A stretch of DNA of 17,452 nt from Piromyces finnis finn (taxonomy: Eukaryota > Fungi > Neocallimastigomycota). The translations under genes and the position numbers were made by a program. Of the stretch, positions 1-10,240 are shown one piece after another. Numbering within the stretch: the stretch's first letter is position 1; every line of letters starts with the position of its first letter. The notes beneath the pieces are model-generated. The model was not told where the DNA came from, did no database searches, and saw nothing but the letters and a program-made list of their open reading frames with translations. The stretch lies in assembly GCA_002104945.1 (NCBI GenBank), contig MCFH01000204.1:1-17452 (forward strand), given 5' to 3'.

Positions 1-3000
1 ACTATCTCTTGGACTCGAGGTGATCAATCTTCCGACATTGACCATGCTCTTATCAATTCGAAGATGAAAGATCTTATTCACTCAGGATCATTTATAAATA
101 ATTTTTATCCTGTATCAGACCATAAGCCACTTCTTATTAATGGTAAAATTATTCCTATGGAAGATTTTTCTAATGACTTTAATGTTCCTAAGAAAATTCG
201 AAATGGAATAGATTAAAATGTATTGAGGAAAAGGAATCTATTCTCAGTCATAATAAATTCCAAATACTTTCAGCAAAATTCAACGATCCTAATGTTTCTA
301 CAGATGAACTTTCCAAAGAGTTTACTTCAACTGCTTTTTCAATTGCAGACGAGCTCAGTTATACATTCAGCAAAATAATGTTATAAAGTCTTCATTTTCA
401 TATTTCACAACAAATTTTTAATCTTCAAAAAATCAAAATGAAGTTGTATAAGAGATTTAAAAAGAAAGAATTTATGATATAGATGAATTATTAAAAGAAT
501 TAAAATCTACCGTAAGCTCATTGATTACATCCACAAAAGATGTAATGAATTTAGGAAGCAAGAATATCTTCATTGGATTAAAACAGGATGTGAGTATATG
601 AAGAGTCATAATCCTAAGAAGGCCTGGAAATGGATCAAGAAAACTGCAAAAATAGGAAAAGATTCTTTCTTTATTGCTCAACCAATTAAAAATAAAAATG
701 GAGAATTAGTTGTTGCTACAGAAGAACAACTAGAAGTGTGGCATGATCATTTCGAAAACCTTGCATCAGATCCAAGTGGTGTAAGTCTTGATTTGGAGCA
801 TTGGTATGAAGAACCAATGAATAAACGTTTTTCACTTCCTATGCTTGATGAGTGGGATATCAACCAAGATATTAGTATTGATGAAGTCAAGTCAGCTATC
901 CTCTCTACTCCAAATTATAAAGCATCAGGTCCGGATGGTATTCCAATTGAATTTTACAAAGCATTAATTCCATCAAGTAATGATTCTAATAATGCTACAG
1001 ATAATAATTCTTCCGGTAATACTACTTCAGATAATGATGCTCATGGTTTAAATTTTATTCTTAAATTATTCAACCGTATTTGGGATGGAGACTTCCCCAA
1101 CTCATGGAATGAATCCAGTATTGTTTCTATTCCTAAGAAGGGAGATTTGACAGATTGTGATAACTATCGAGGTATATCACTTATCAATAATGGCATTAAG
1201 TTGATTTCCAAAATTGTCACACTAGAATCTCAGAAAATGGTTAAAGAATAATTTCATTAGACCTGAACAATTTGGTTTTCGAAAAAAGGAAGAAAGTATC
1301 AGTCTTTTCTTTCAATCCAAGAATATGCCGTAGACGTCAATTAGATAATAAAGAGACATATTTGGCCTTTTTAGATCTCAGGAAAGCATACGATTCAGTC
1401 CCAATCGGTAATATTCTCCATAATTAGATTGTTTAGGAATCCGAGGTAAGAGTTTACAATTCATCAAAAATTTATATTTAACATCTAAGGCTAATGTCAA
1501 ATTAGATGGACAATTCTCGAAATCTTTTGATGTGAAGAAAGGAGTCCGTCAAGGATGCCCTCTTTCTCCTATTCTCTTTAATCTCTTTATTAATGATATA
1601 TTTAAAGAGTGTGAAGATCTCGGAGTCAGTTTAGGTGACACTCGATGCTGTGGTGGACTTTTTGCAGATGATATAGTTATTTGTGCTCCAACAAGAGAAT
1701 ACTTAAAAAAGATGCTTAGAAGAGTTAATGAATGGGCCTTGTATAATGAAATGGAATTTGATATCCAGAAATGTTCAACGATGGTGATTCGTCCTGAATC
1801 AATAGAAAATCAGAACAAGAGAGATCCAACATTTTACTTAGCAGGACAACCCATTCCAACTACTGATTGCTATACTTATCTTGGTGTTCCATTTGATAAG
1901 AATCTGTCCTTTAAACCAGTAATTAAAGCTCTTAATAACAAGGTTTTGAAAGGGCTTTTTCTCAGTCAGTAAATTCTTAAGAAATCCTAATATTCCTATT
2001 CCTTTCAAAAAACTAGTACTTAACTCACAAGTGATTAGCAGAGTTTCATACTTTGCACCATTACTTGGATCCAACAAAGCTAGGTCTAGGATTGCTCAGA
2101 AGCATGTTAACAAAGGAATACGATGGATTGCCGGAGTTCATAAAGCTGTATCGTTTATATCTTTATACTCTATCTCAAAAGATTTGAATATTCCTCCATT
2201 GTCAGCCAAATGTGCATTAGCTCAGGTTAGATGTTTTAACAAATGGAAAAACTCAAATTGTATTATCTCACACCTTGTCAATTACATTCCTAAATTTAGA
2301 AAATACACGTGGTGCAAATCAAGTAGGACACTTGATAAAAATTAAAGAAACATGGAGATGTTAAAGCAGTTAAAACTTTTATTGGAAAGATCTAAAGGGA
2401 ATTCAATCAAAGCGCAATATTATGATGATAATAAATTTATTGAAACTAAAGATTTTATTAAATTATGTTATGAGTACCCAGAGTTTGCCTATGGCTTCTA
2501 CTGGCTATTGAAAGCAAGAAGCGGATACAAGTTGGATGCTAGAGTTGCCAAAGCTGCCAAATTTGTTGATCCAGTTTGTCCTAACTACTGTCCATGTTGC
2601 AAGTGTGGAGATCAAAGTATTAAACATTGGGTTATTAGATTGTCCAACATTTAGAGATATCCGTATTAAACATTATGATTCTATAGTCCATCTTTTAATT
2701 TTTTCAGTCAACGTAATTCCAATAGTCCTATCAATAATAATGAAATTGATAATATCAGTAGAGATAGCAATAACAGTAATAGTAATAGTAACAATAGTAA
2801 TAATAACAATAGTAGTAATAGTAATAATAGAAATAGTAATAATAACAATAGTAGTAATAGAAATAATAATATTAGTAATGATAGCAATAGTGGATGATAA
2901 TAATTCTAATTTAGATAGTAATTTAGTTAATGATAGTAATAGTTCTAATAATCCGGTGAATATTAATGTGTATGATTATTCTAGTGTGTGCAGTAAAATA

Positions 3001-3285
3001 TTTAAATTCCTTCTTGGGGGAAGAAGTTTTAACAATATCAATTACAATTCAAGGGAATGGAAAGAACTTTGTAAGCGTCAGATTCAATCTAGTACTAATG
3101 AAGGAACACCATTCTTGACTGTAACCGCGGAACTTCTAACCCAAAATCATGCCTTTTGCTATTGGCCAGCAATGGTCAATGTTCAAAAGGTTTGAAGCAA
3201 CATCAAGAGCGTCAATGCTGAAGAAACAGTAAGACAGGCCAGGAGGGCCAGCGCAACCAATGGAGATCATAATTTTGTTCCATGA
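1..3285 (+). CDS. APE endonuclease (C-terminal part) / reverse transcriptase / CCHC polyprotein, interrupted by many 1-nt frameshifts
   Basis: Joining frames gives KASGPDGIPIEFYK, NYRGISL, RPEQFGF, AFLDLRKAYDSVP, GVRQGCPLSPILFNLFINDI, GGLFADDIV, YTYLG and CPCCKCGDQSIKHW..LDCPTF. A probable stop TGA is at 3283-3285. Confidence 0.9.
2730..2960 (+). repeat. AAT/AGT-rich low-complexity tract inside the family A ORF (Asn/Ser-rich in the likely true frame)
   Basis: Runs of aatagt/aataac/agtaat; reads SNNSNSNSNNSNNNNSS... in one frame. Confidence 0.85.
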
Positions 3286-3518
3286 CAAAATTTTTGATCT
3301 TTGGCTCGGTGTCCCATTGGAAGTCAAATACAATTATTATACTTTAGTATGATAGTGGCTTTCTTACTTTAATTAAAATTACTAGAATACATTATACCCA
3401 ATTTTTATTCATTTGTGTTTATTTAAACATATTTTTTTTTATTTTATATTTAATTTTTTTTATTACATGTATTATAATTTTAATTAAATTAATAATAAAG
3501 TTTAAAATATTTGATGCC

Positions 3519-3521
<3 letters not shown>

Positions 3522-3550
<29 letters not shown>
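3522..3550 (+). repeat. Poly(A) tail of family A copy 1
   Basis: A29 immediately after an AT-rich 3' UTR. Confidence 0.85.
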
Positions 3551-3553
<3 letters not shown>

Positions 3554-4300
3554 AAAAGCTAGTACTTAACTCACAAATGATCATCAGAGTTTCATATTTT
3601 GTACCATTACTTGGATCCAACAAAGCTAAGTCTAGGATTGCTCAGAAGCATGTTAACAAAGGAATACGATGGGTTGCCGGAGTTCATAAAGCTGTATCGT
3701 TTATATCGTTGTACTCTATCTCAAAAGATTTGAATATTCCTCCATTGTCAGCCAAATGTACGTAAGCGCAAGTTAGATGTTTTAACAAATGGAAAAACTC
3801 AAATTGTATTATCTCATACCTTGTCAATTACATTCCTAAATTTAGAAAATACATGTGGTGCAAATCAAGTAGGACATTTGATAAAAAATTAAAGAAACAT
3901 GGAGATGTTAAAGCAGTTAAAAACTTTTATTGGAAAGATCTCAAAGGAAATTCAATCAAAGCGCAATATTATGATGATAATAATTTATTGAAACTAAAGA
4001 TTTTATCAAATTATGTTATAAGTACCCAGAGTTTGCCTATGGTTTCTACTGGCTATTGAAAGCAAGAAGCGGATACAAGTAGGATGTTAGAGTTGCAAAA
4101 AGCTGCTAAATTTGTTGATACAGTTTGTCCTAACTACTGTCCATGTTGCAAGAGTGGAGATCAAAGTATTAAGTATTGGTCATTAGATGTCTAACATTTA
4201 GAGATATCCAGTAACAATAATTTTAATAATATTAGTAATGATAGCAATAGTGAAGATAATAATTTTAATTTAGATAGTTAATAATAGTTATAGTTCTAAT
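3551..4300 (+). mobile_element. Family A copy 2, left fragment (post-RT region to the Asn/Ser tract)
   Basis: Colinear with ~2004-2950 of copy 1 (tcaaaaagctagtacttaactcacaa vs tcaaaaaactagtacttaactcacaa), with scattered substitutions and a ~200-bp deletion after gagatatcc. Confidence 0.95.
4286..4300 (+). repeat. Left target-site duplication AGTTATAGTTCTAAT
   Basis: Identical 15-mer at 9653-9667, directly after the family B poly(A). Confidence 0.93.
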
Positions 4301-5696
4301 TCTCTCTTGGGTACGTGCCTTCATTTATTTAATAAATGTAGTTTCTCAAGGGGTCTACTCATGCTCATGGTACTGAGAGAGTAGAAAGAATTAAATCCAA
4401 GTATTGCGCAATGGATACTTGGTTAGTCTATATTTGGAATATTATTAGGACTAAGCTCATGTACTGAGCGAACAGAGTTGATAATTTGAGTGTTAGTTGT
4501 TATATCATATATCCCTTACACCTTCAACTTATTTTTAGATAGTAGTTGCTTTAACAACTTTTATAACATATTATTTTAAACTTAAAATTGTTTGATTCGG
4601 TAGTATTAAATACTGATTTTGAATATTTCTTGATTTCATTTTTATTTTAGCTTTCATCGATAATTTGTTATCCCAGTTACTACTTATTCTCTTGTTCTTT
4701 TATTCCTTTTTTATTCTTTATATGTTGATTAGTCAGATAGTTTTGTTTTTTCAGTTAGTTTGTTATTCCTTTCATTATTCTTGAGTTTCGTGTGGGTGCA
4801 GCTTTCATTACTATAATCATATTTAATCTTTTATTTTTTTCTATTTTTATTATTTTCGAGGGGCGCGGCTTTTTTATTTTTCCTTTATGATTTTATATGA
4901 TTCTAGTAATATCTTTTTTTATTTCTTATTTTTTTGTAACTCTAGATTTTCCAAGGAATCTCTTTCTACTAACATTCTTTTGTATACTTTTTCATCTCTT
5001 TCTATATATATATATATTCTTATACTTTATATTATATGTATATTTTATATATCTGTATAACTTAATTAGGTTATTATGGACTATTATGGTAAGTATTAAC
5101 ACCTTTTTTTTCTTTAACATTTCTATTATCAAAGCTTCTATCCTGGAAAATCGAGTATTCTATTTTTATATTGTAAATACTACTCTTGTTTCAATTTTAT
5201 CTTTAAAAAAAAAAAAAAAAAAAATTTTATTAGTTTACCCAAAATTCTTCAACTTTTTTCCATTATTTTTGATATAACAACTTTTCACTCTTATTATCTC
5301 CTACCTTACAACATAAACACCTAAATGAATGTTCAATTTCAACAATCAGAATCAACACAATATAATAATCATCCAATAAATTATCAATTCTTATAATATA
5401 AAGAGCTTTCAAAATACAGTTATAATACAGAAATCCAAAGTGATAGATATTCATAATTTATCTTCCCGTTTAAAGTCTTCAGTAGAGTTAGAACTAAGTT
5501 TGTCAACAACTTAGCCCACTTTTCCAGTTATAAAATTTAAAATATTGTTTGACAAATAATCCACTTGCTATATAATATATCCGTCTTTACTATTATTATT
5601 TTTATTTTACTATATATTTTATTTCATTATAATATTATATCATTATATCAATACTTCAAATTATTAATATCTATTGTCATAATAAGTTCTTTCAAA

Positions 5697-8600
5697 ATGA
5701 ACAATACCAATTGTACTGTACCTACCTTACGACGTGGTCTTCGTTTCTTCGGATCTAACTCCAATAAAATCATATCTAATTTTTATCCATGATCTTAGTT
5801 CATGGTCAAAACAACGACTAATGGAATTTCTTTTAAAGACATTCAACCTTTCAATGATATTCTTCAATCCCTCACCAAAAAATATTCACAATCACTCGGT
5901 ACCTATTTCATTCTTAAAGTCAATGGAAAATGTCCGCTTAAAGCCATGTTACTTATACACTCACTTTCTAAAAAACTCCCATCTCTAGTAAAATATCTTG
6001 GAAATTCATTAATAAGCTCAAAAACAATAGATCATACAAAAACAAACGATCTATCAAATCTACTACTGGATGCTAGATTAATTGCCTTTGATGAACTTGA
6101 TAAGTGGTTAACAAACGCATAACAAATTCAACCACCCAGCTATCCTTGTAGGAGACTTTAATATGTCAGCTATTAAAATCAAATCTTATATATCACAACA
6201 CTTCCCGGATTGGACTATGGCTGAGTTAACTGGTAATAATTTTACCTGGGAAAAAGGATCTAAATCTTCATGCATTGATCATATTATATACAACAAAGCT
6301 ATGACAGAACACATAAACAAATCTTCAGTTTGTGAAGTTTTCCACGATGTTTCTGATCACAAACCGATCCTTGTGTCTTGTAAAAAAGACTCTTCGGATG
6401 GTTTCAAAAAGCCTAAGAAGACCTTTAAGTGGTCAAGTCATATCTGTAACACAAAGTGTTCTGACATTCTTACTAGTAATCGCTTTGCTGTTCTAGCTTC
6501 CGAGCTTGAAGCTAATTGCGATAGCCTTTCGGCTGACGATATGGTTTCAAGATTTTTAGATACTTCCAAAACTATAGGTAAAGAAATAAAAGCCATTGTG
6601 CCTGCAGATTTAAAAGGTCCAGCATTCCATTGCCCTCAATACATCAAAAACTTATCACATGAAAAACACCTGGCTTACAAAAATATTAAACCCCTTTCAG
6701 ATTGCGCTGACATGGAAAATTATCTTAACCAGTTCTCCATATACCAAAATCTATGTAATACCATCAAAAAGGTTAAGAGCAAATTCAGATCCAATCTCTA
6801 TAAAGCTAATATTGTTTCTATCGGTAAACATTTTATTGATAAAAGCTTTAGACAAGGTTGGAAAGGCTTAAAAAACTTGCCAAACCAAGTTATTCGTCCT
6901 CCCATGTTTCAACTATTAAGGACAAGAATGGCAAGGATTTATTTACTCCTCAAGAACAATTAAAACGTTGGGCTGAACATTATGAAAATCTTGCATCTGA
7001 TGTTACAAATCACAGCTTAAATCGTGGTTACTGGGAAAGAGCCTTCCAATTCAACCATATCAATCAAATAGCATGGGATATAAATGGTCCCATTTCTATT
7101 GAGGAAATTAGAAATGTTGTTCTGTCAATGAAGAATAACAAGGCTCCAGGTCCCGATGGTATCCCAATTGAATTTTTCAAAGCTTTCTTTTGTAACGAAG
7201 AACTGGAGAAAGAACATAAGTCTGCTGGAAATTGTCTTAAATTAATTTTTAATAAAATCTGGAATGGTTCCTTTCCTTTGAAATGGAACTCTGCTTCCAT
7301 TGTTTCTATTCCAAAGAAAGGCGATCTTTCAGACTGTAATAATTATCGTGGTATTTCTCTCATCAATGTAGGTCTTAAAATTATTTCAAAAATTGTAACT
7401 AATAGAATTTCAAAGTATGCTCTTTCTCATAATTTTATAAGACCTGAGCAATTTGGTTTTCGCAATAAAGAAGAATGTATTAGCTTATTTATTTCCATTA
7501 GAGAAATCTGTCAAAGAAGAAAATTTAAAGGAAAAGCCACTTATGTCGCCTTTCTAGACCTTAAAAAAGCATACGACTCAGTTCCTATTTTAATATCCTT
7601 ACAAAGTTATATAAATTAGGTATACGTGGTAAATGTTTTGATTTTCTCAATAATCTCTACTCTACCTCTAAAGCTCGTGCACGTTTCTTGGATATGCTTT
7701 CCAATGAATTCCCTATAAACCGTGGTGTAAGACAAGGATGTCCTCTTTCTCTTATACTGTTTAACCTCTTTATCAATGATATTTTAAATAAATGTGAAAG
7801 GCTTGGGGTTAGCTTAGGTAATAAACGTTGTTGTGGTGGCCTTTTCGCTGATGACATTGTTTTGATTGCTCCTAGTAAGAAGAACCTTCAAAGATGCTCA
7901 ATCTAGTCCTTGATTGGGCTAATTTAAATGAAATGTCTTTTGGAATAAATAAATGTGCAACTATTGTTGTTAAACCTATCAACTTTAATAGATCCCTAGT
8001 TATGTCGACCCAACATTTTACATCGGTATGTACTCGATTCCAAAGGTTTCTTGCTATACTTATCTTGGAATCCCATTCGACGAAGATCTTTCTTTGACTC
8101 CTATTCTGTCTAATATGTACAAAAAAGTTCAGAATTCTTTATTCTCTTTTAAGAACTTCCTCACCAACAATTGTGTTCCTATTGGCTTAAAAACATAGTA
8201 ATTCATTCTTATATTTTAAGCAAAGTCTCTTATTATGCTCCTTTGCTTGGTTCCAACAAAAATAGAACTAGAAGAGTCCAATCTCTTATCAATACTGCTG
8301 TTTTATGGAGTGTCAATAGCTTTCACAATAAAAGTTTTAATAACAAAGATTTTGTTTTTGAACGAAATTCATTTATTAGTCTGTATGCTCTTACAAGAGA
8401 TATGAAGATTCCTACCCTTTCAGGTATTTGTGCTGCGCAAACAAGTGAAATGCTTTGTTAAATGGAGAAAATCAAATTGTATAATTAAAGATCTCGTCCG
8501 ATCTATTCCTCCCATGTCTCATTACTCTTGGGCCAAAGAATCTTGTTCACTACATAAGAAGCTTATGAAAATAAATATTAAAAGTACTAAAGATATTAGA

Positions 8601-9366
8601 GAATATTATTGGAATAATAGTAGCCTAAATAATGGAAGTAAAGCCCTCAGATATACTAACAACAAATTCCTTAATTCAAATCGCCTAATGCATATCGGTC
8701 TCAACAAACCTCACTTAAATTTAGGAATTACCTGGATTATTCGTATTCGATGCGGTTATGAAAATACTACCCGAATTGCTATTGCCAGTAATAGAGTTAC
8801 TCCTGACTGCCCTCGTGTCTGTCCATGTTGCGGATATGACGAACAATCTTTTTACCATTGGATATTAGAATGTTCTGCATTCTCTGAATACAGAGCTTCT
8901 TCACTTAGCTTTCTTGACGATCTTTTTACCCTTTTTACAATAAATATAAGAATCAATTCATCACATACTTACTCCCCGAAACGGAAGTAAGAAAAATAAT
9001 TTATAACTATATTTTTACGTTCCTTCTTGGTGAACTTTAGCTTATGATGAGCTACAAATCGATAAGGCGGAACAAAGACATTTGAATGAACGCTTTACAG
9101 TTCATCGGGTCTCATGTTCCATATGTAGGGGTCTCGCGGCTTTTCTTACTAAAACAATCCCTATCATTAGTAGCTCTATGAAGCTACTTTTGATAGGTTT
9201 AGTAAGACACCTAACGTAATCAAGAGCGCCGACGTCGTACCGATATGGCAAAGGAACATTTCCAATGTTCCGTACACAGGGTTCAATGTTAGTATTTCCT
9301 CAAATTCGAATGAAAACATTATGAACTCATGGGAGAGTTTAGTGGACACCACACTATCATACCTGA
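5697..9366 (+). CDS. Family B polyprotein (N-terminal region / partial APE / RT / CCHC), frameshifted; both ends approximate
   Basis: GDFN at ~6151, KAPGPDGIPIEFFK, NYRGISL, RPEQFGFR, AFLDLKKAYDSVP, GVRQGCPLS, GGLFADDIV, YTYLG, CCHC at ~8820-8877. The ATG at 5697 and TGA at 9364-9366 are best guesses across frameshifts. Confidence 0.85.
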
Positions 9367-9628
9367 TGTTACTTCTTTTTTTTATTTCATTTAATTTATT
9401 AGGTAGGGACCAATCCCACACAGTACAAATTGCAGAGTTCATTGAACTTTTATGCAACTTAAATAATTATTTTATATTATTTTATATTTATATTTTTATT
9501 TATATATATATTTTATTATTTTTATTTATTATTTATTATATCAATATCAATATGTATTATCACCTAATGTTATGTAATATCTCAAATTAAATAAATAAAT
9601 AAAAAGATGTGTATTCTCTTCCTAGTCT

Positions 9629-9652
9629 AAAAAAAAAAAAAAAAAAAAAAAA
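9629..9652 (+). repeat. Poly(A) tail of the family B element
   Basis: A24 directly followed by the right TSD. Confidence 0.9.
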
Positions 9653-9667
9653 AGTTATAGTTCTAAT
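9653..9667 (+). repeat. Right target-site duplication AGTTATAGTTCTAAT
   Basis: Identical to 4286-4300. Confidence 0.93.
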
Positions 9668-10011
9668 AATCCGGTGAATATGTGTATGATTATTCTAGTG
9701 GGTGCAATAAAATATTTAAATTCCTTCTTGGGGGAGAAGTTTTAACAATATCAATTCCAATTCAAGGGAATGGAAAGAATTTTGAAAGTGTCAGATTCAA
9801 TCGGACACTTACGAAGGAACACCATTCTTGACGATAACGGTAAACGCGGAACTTCTAACCAAAATTATGTCTTTTGTTATTGACCAGAAATGGTCCATGC
9901 TCAAAAGGTTTAAAGCAATAACCATGAACATAAATGCTGAAGAAACAGTAAGACAGGAGGCCAGCGTAACCAATGGAGATTATAATTTTGTCCCATGGAA
10001 AAATTTGATCT
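9653..10011 (+). mobile_element. Family A copy 2, right fragment (ORF C-terminus); 3' UTR and tail missing
   Basis: Colinear with ~2935-3300 of copy 1 (tagttctaataatccggtgaata ... ttttgtcccatggaaaaatttgatct). Similarity stops at about 10011. Confidence 0.93.
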
Positions 10012-10072
10012 CTAAGGCTTATATTATAATCCAATTCATATGTATTAAAAAATTTTTTAAAAAAAAAAATAG

Positions 10073-10188
10073 TTTAATAGAATAGAAAGGAGTCTAACGA
10101 ATTCTAGTATTTTTGGATTGAAATTTAAAAAAAAAAAAGTTTTAATAGAATAGAAAGGAGTCTAACGAATTCTAGTATTTTTGGATTG

Positions 10189-10219
<31 letters not shown>
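10073..10219 (+). repeat. Two identical 54-bp units, each followed by an A-run
   Basis: tttaatagaatagaaaggagtctaacgaattctagtatttttggattgaaattt at 10073-10126 and 10141-10194, followed by A12 and A25. Confidence 0.9.
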
Positions 10220-10222
<3 letters not shown>

Positions 10223-10240
10223 TTATTAAATTTTATGAAT

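Larger units (their letters stand above)
1..3550 (+). mobile_element. Non-LTR retrotransposon (LINE), family A copy 1; 5' end lies upstream of the window
   Basis: APE C-terminal motifs at the window start (TISWTRGDQSSDIDH...VSDHKP), RT motifs, a CCHC knuckle, an AT-rich 3' UTR and a 29-nt poly(A) at 3522-3550. Confidence 0.95.
4301..9652 (+). mobile_element. Non-LTR retrotransposon (LINE), family B, TSD-bounded 5352-bp insertion
   Basis: Bounded by the 15-bp TSD and ends in A24 (9629-9652). Contains APE motifs (ILVGDFN, SCIDH, VSDHKP), RT motifs and CPCCGYDEQSFYHWILEC. Clearly diverged from family A at DNA level. Confidence 0.95.

Noticed and set aside
2536-3195. 219-aa ORF with a long Ile/Val hydrophobic stretch resembling a membrane protein
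   Set aside because: It is the LINE C-terminus. The IIVIV run is the aat/agt tract read off-frame between two indels; comparison with copy 2 shows an extra base near 2890.
4370-4390. ctgagagagtagaaa and ctgagcgaa as possible hammerhead or HDV ribozyme cores
   Set aside because: They do not satisfy CUGANGA...GAAA with a stem II, and I could not find an HDV P1/P3/L3 nested pseudoknot.
5263-5454. Minus-strand ORF containing CLCCKVGDNKS, resembling the LINE CPCCKCGDQS knuckle
   Set aside because: It has no downstream H/C ligands and the flanks show no similarity to either family.
4897-5792. F/I/L/Y-rich ORFs (4897-5277, 5565-5792; also 9321-9590 beyond ~9370) as small membrane proteins or an ORF1
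   Set aside because: The composition follows from T-rich non-coding DNA, and there is no gag, RRM or zinc-knuckle motif.
3308-9362. GTATGATAGTG (3347-3357) and GGTGTCC (3308-3314) are reverse complements of CACTATCATAC (9352-9362) and GGACACC (9344-9350)
   Set aside because: The order is not compatible with one colinear duplex, the family B side is probably still coding, and 7-11-bp matches are expected by chance in this much sequence.
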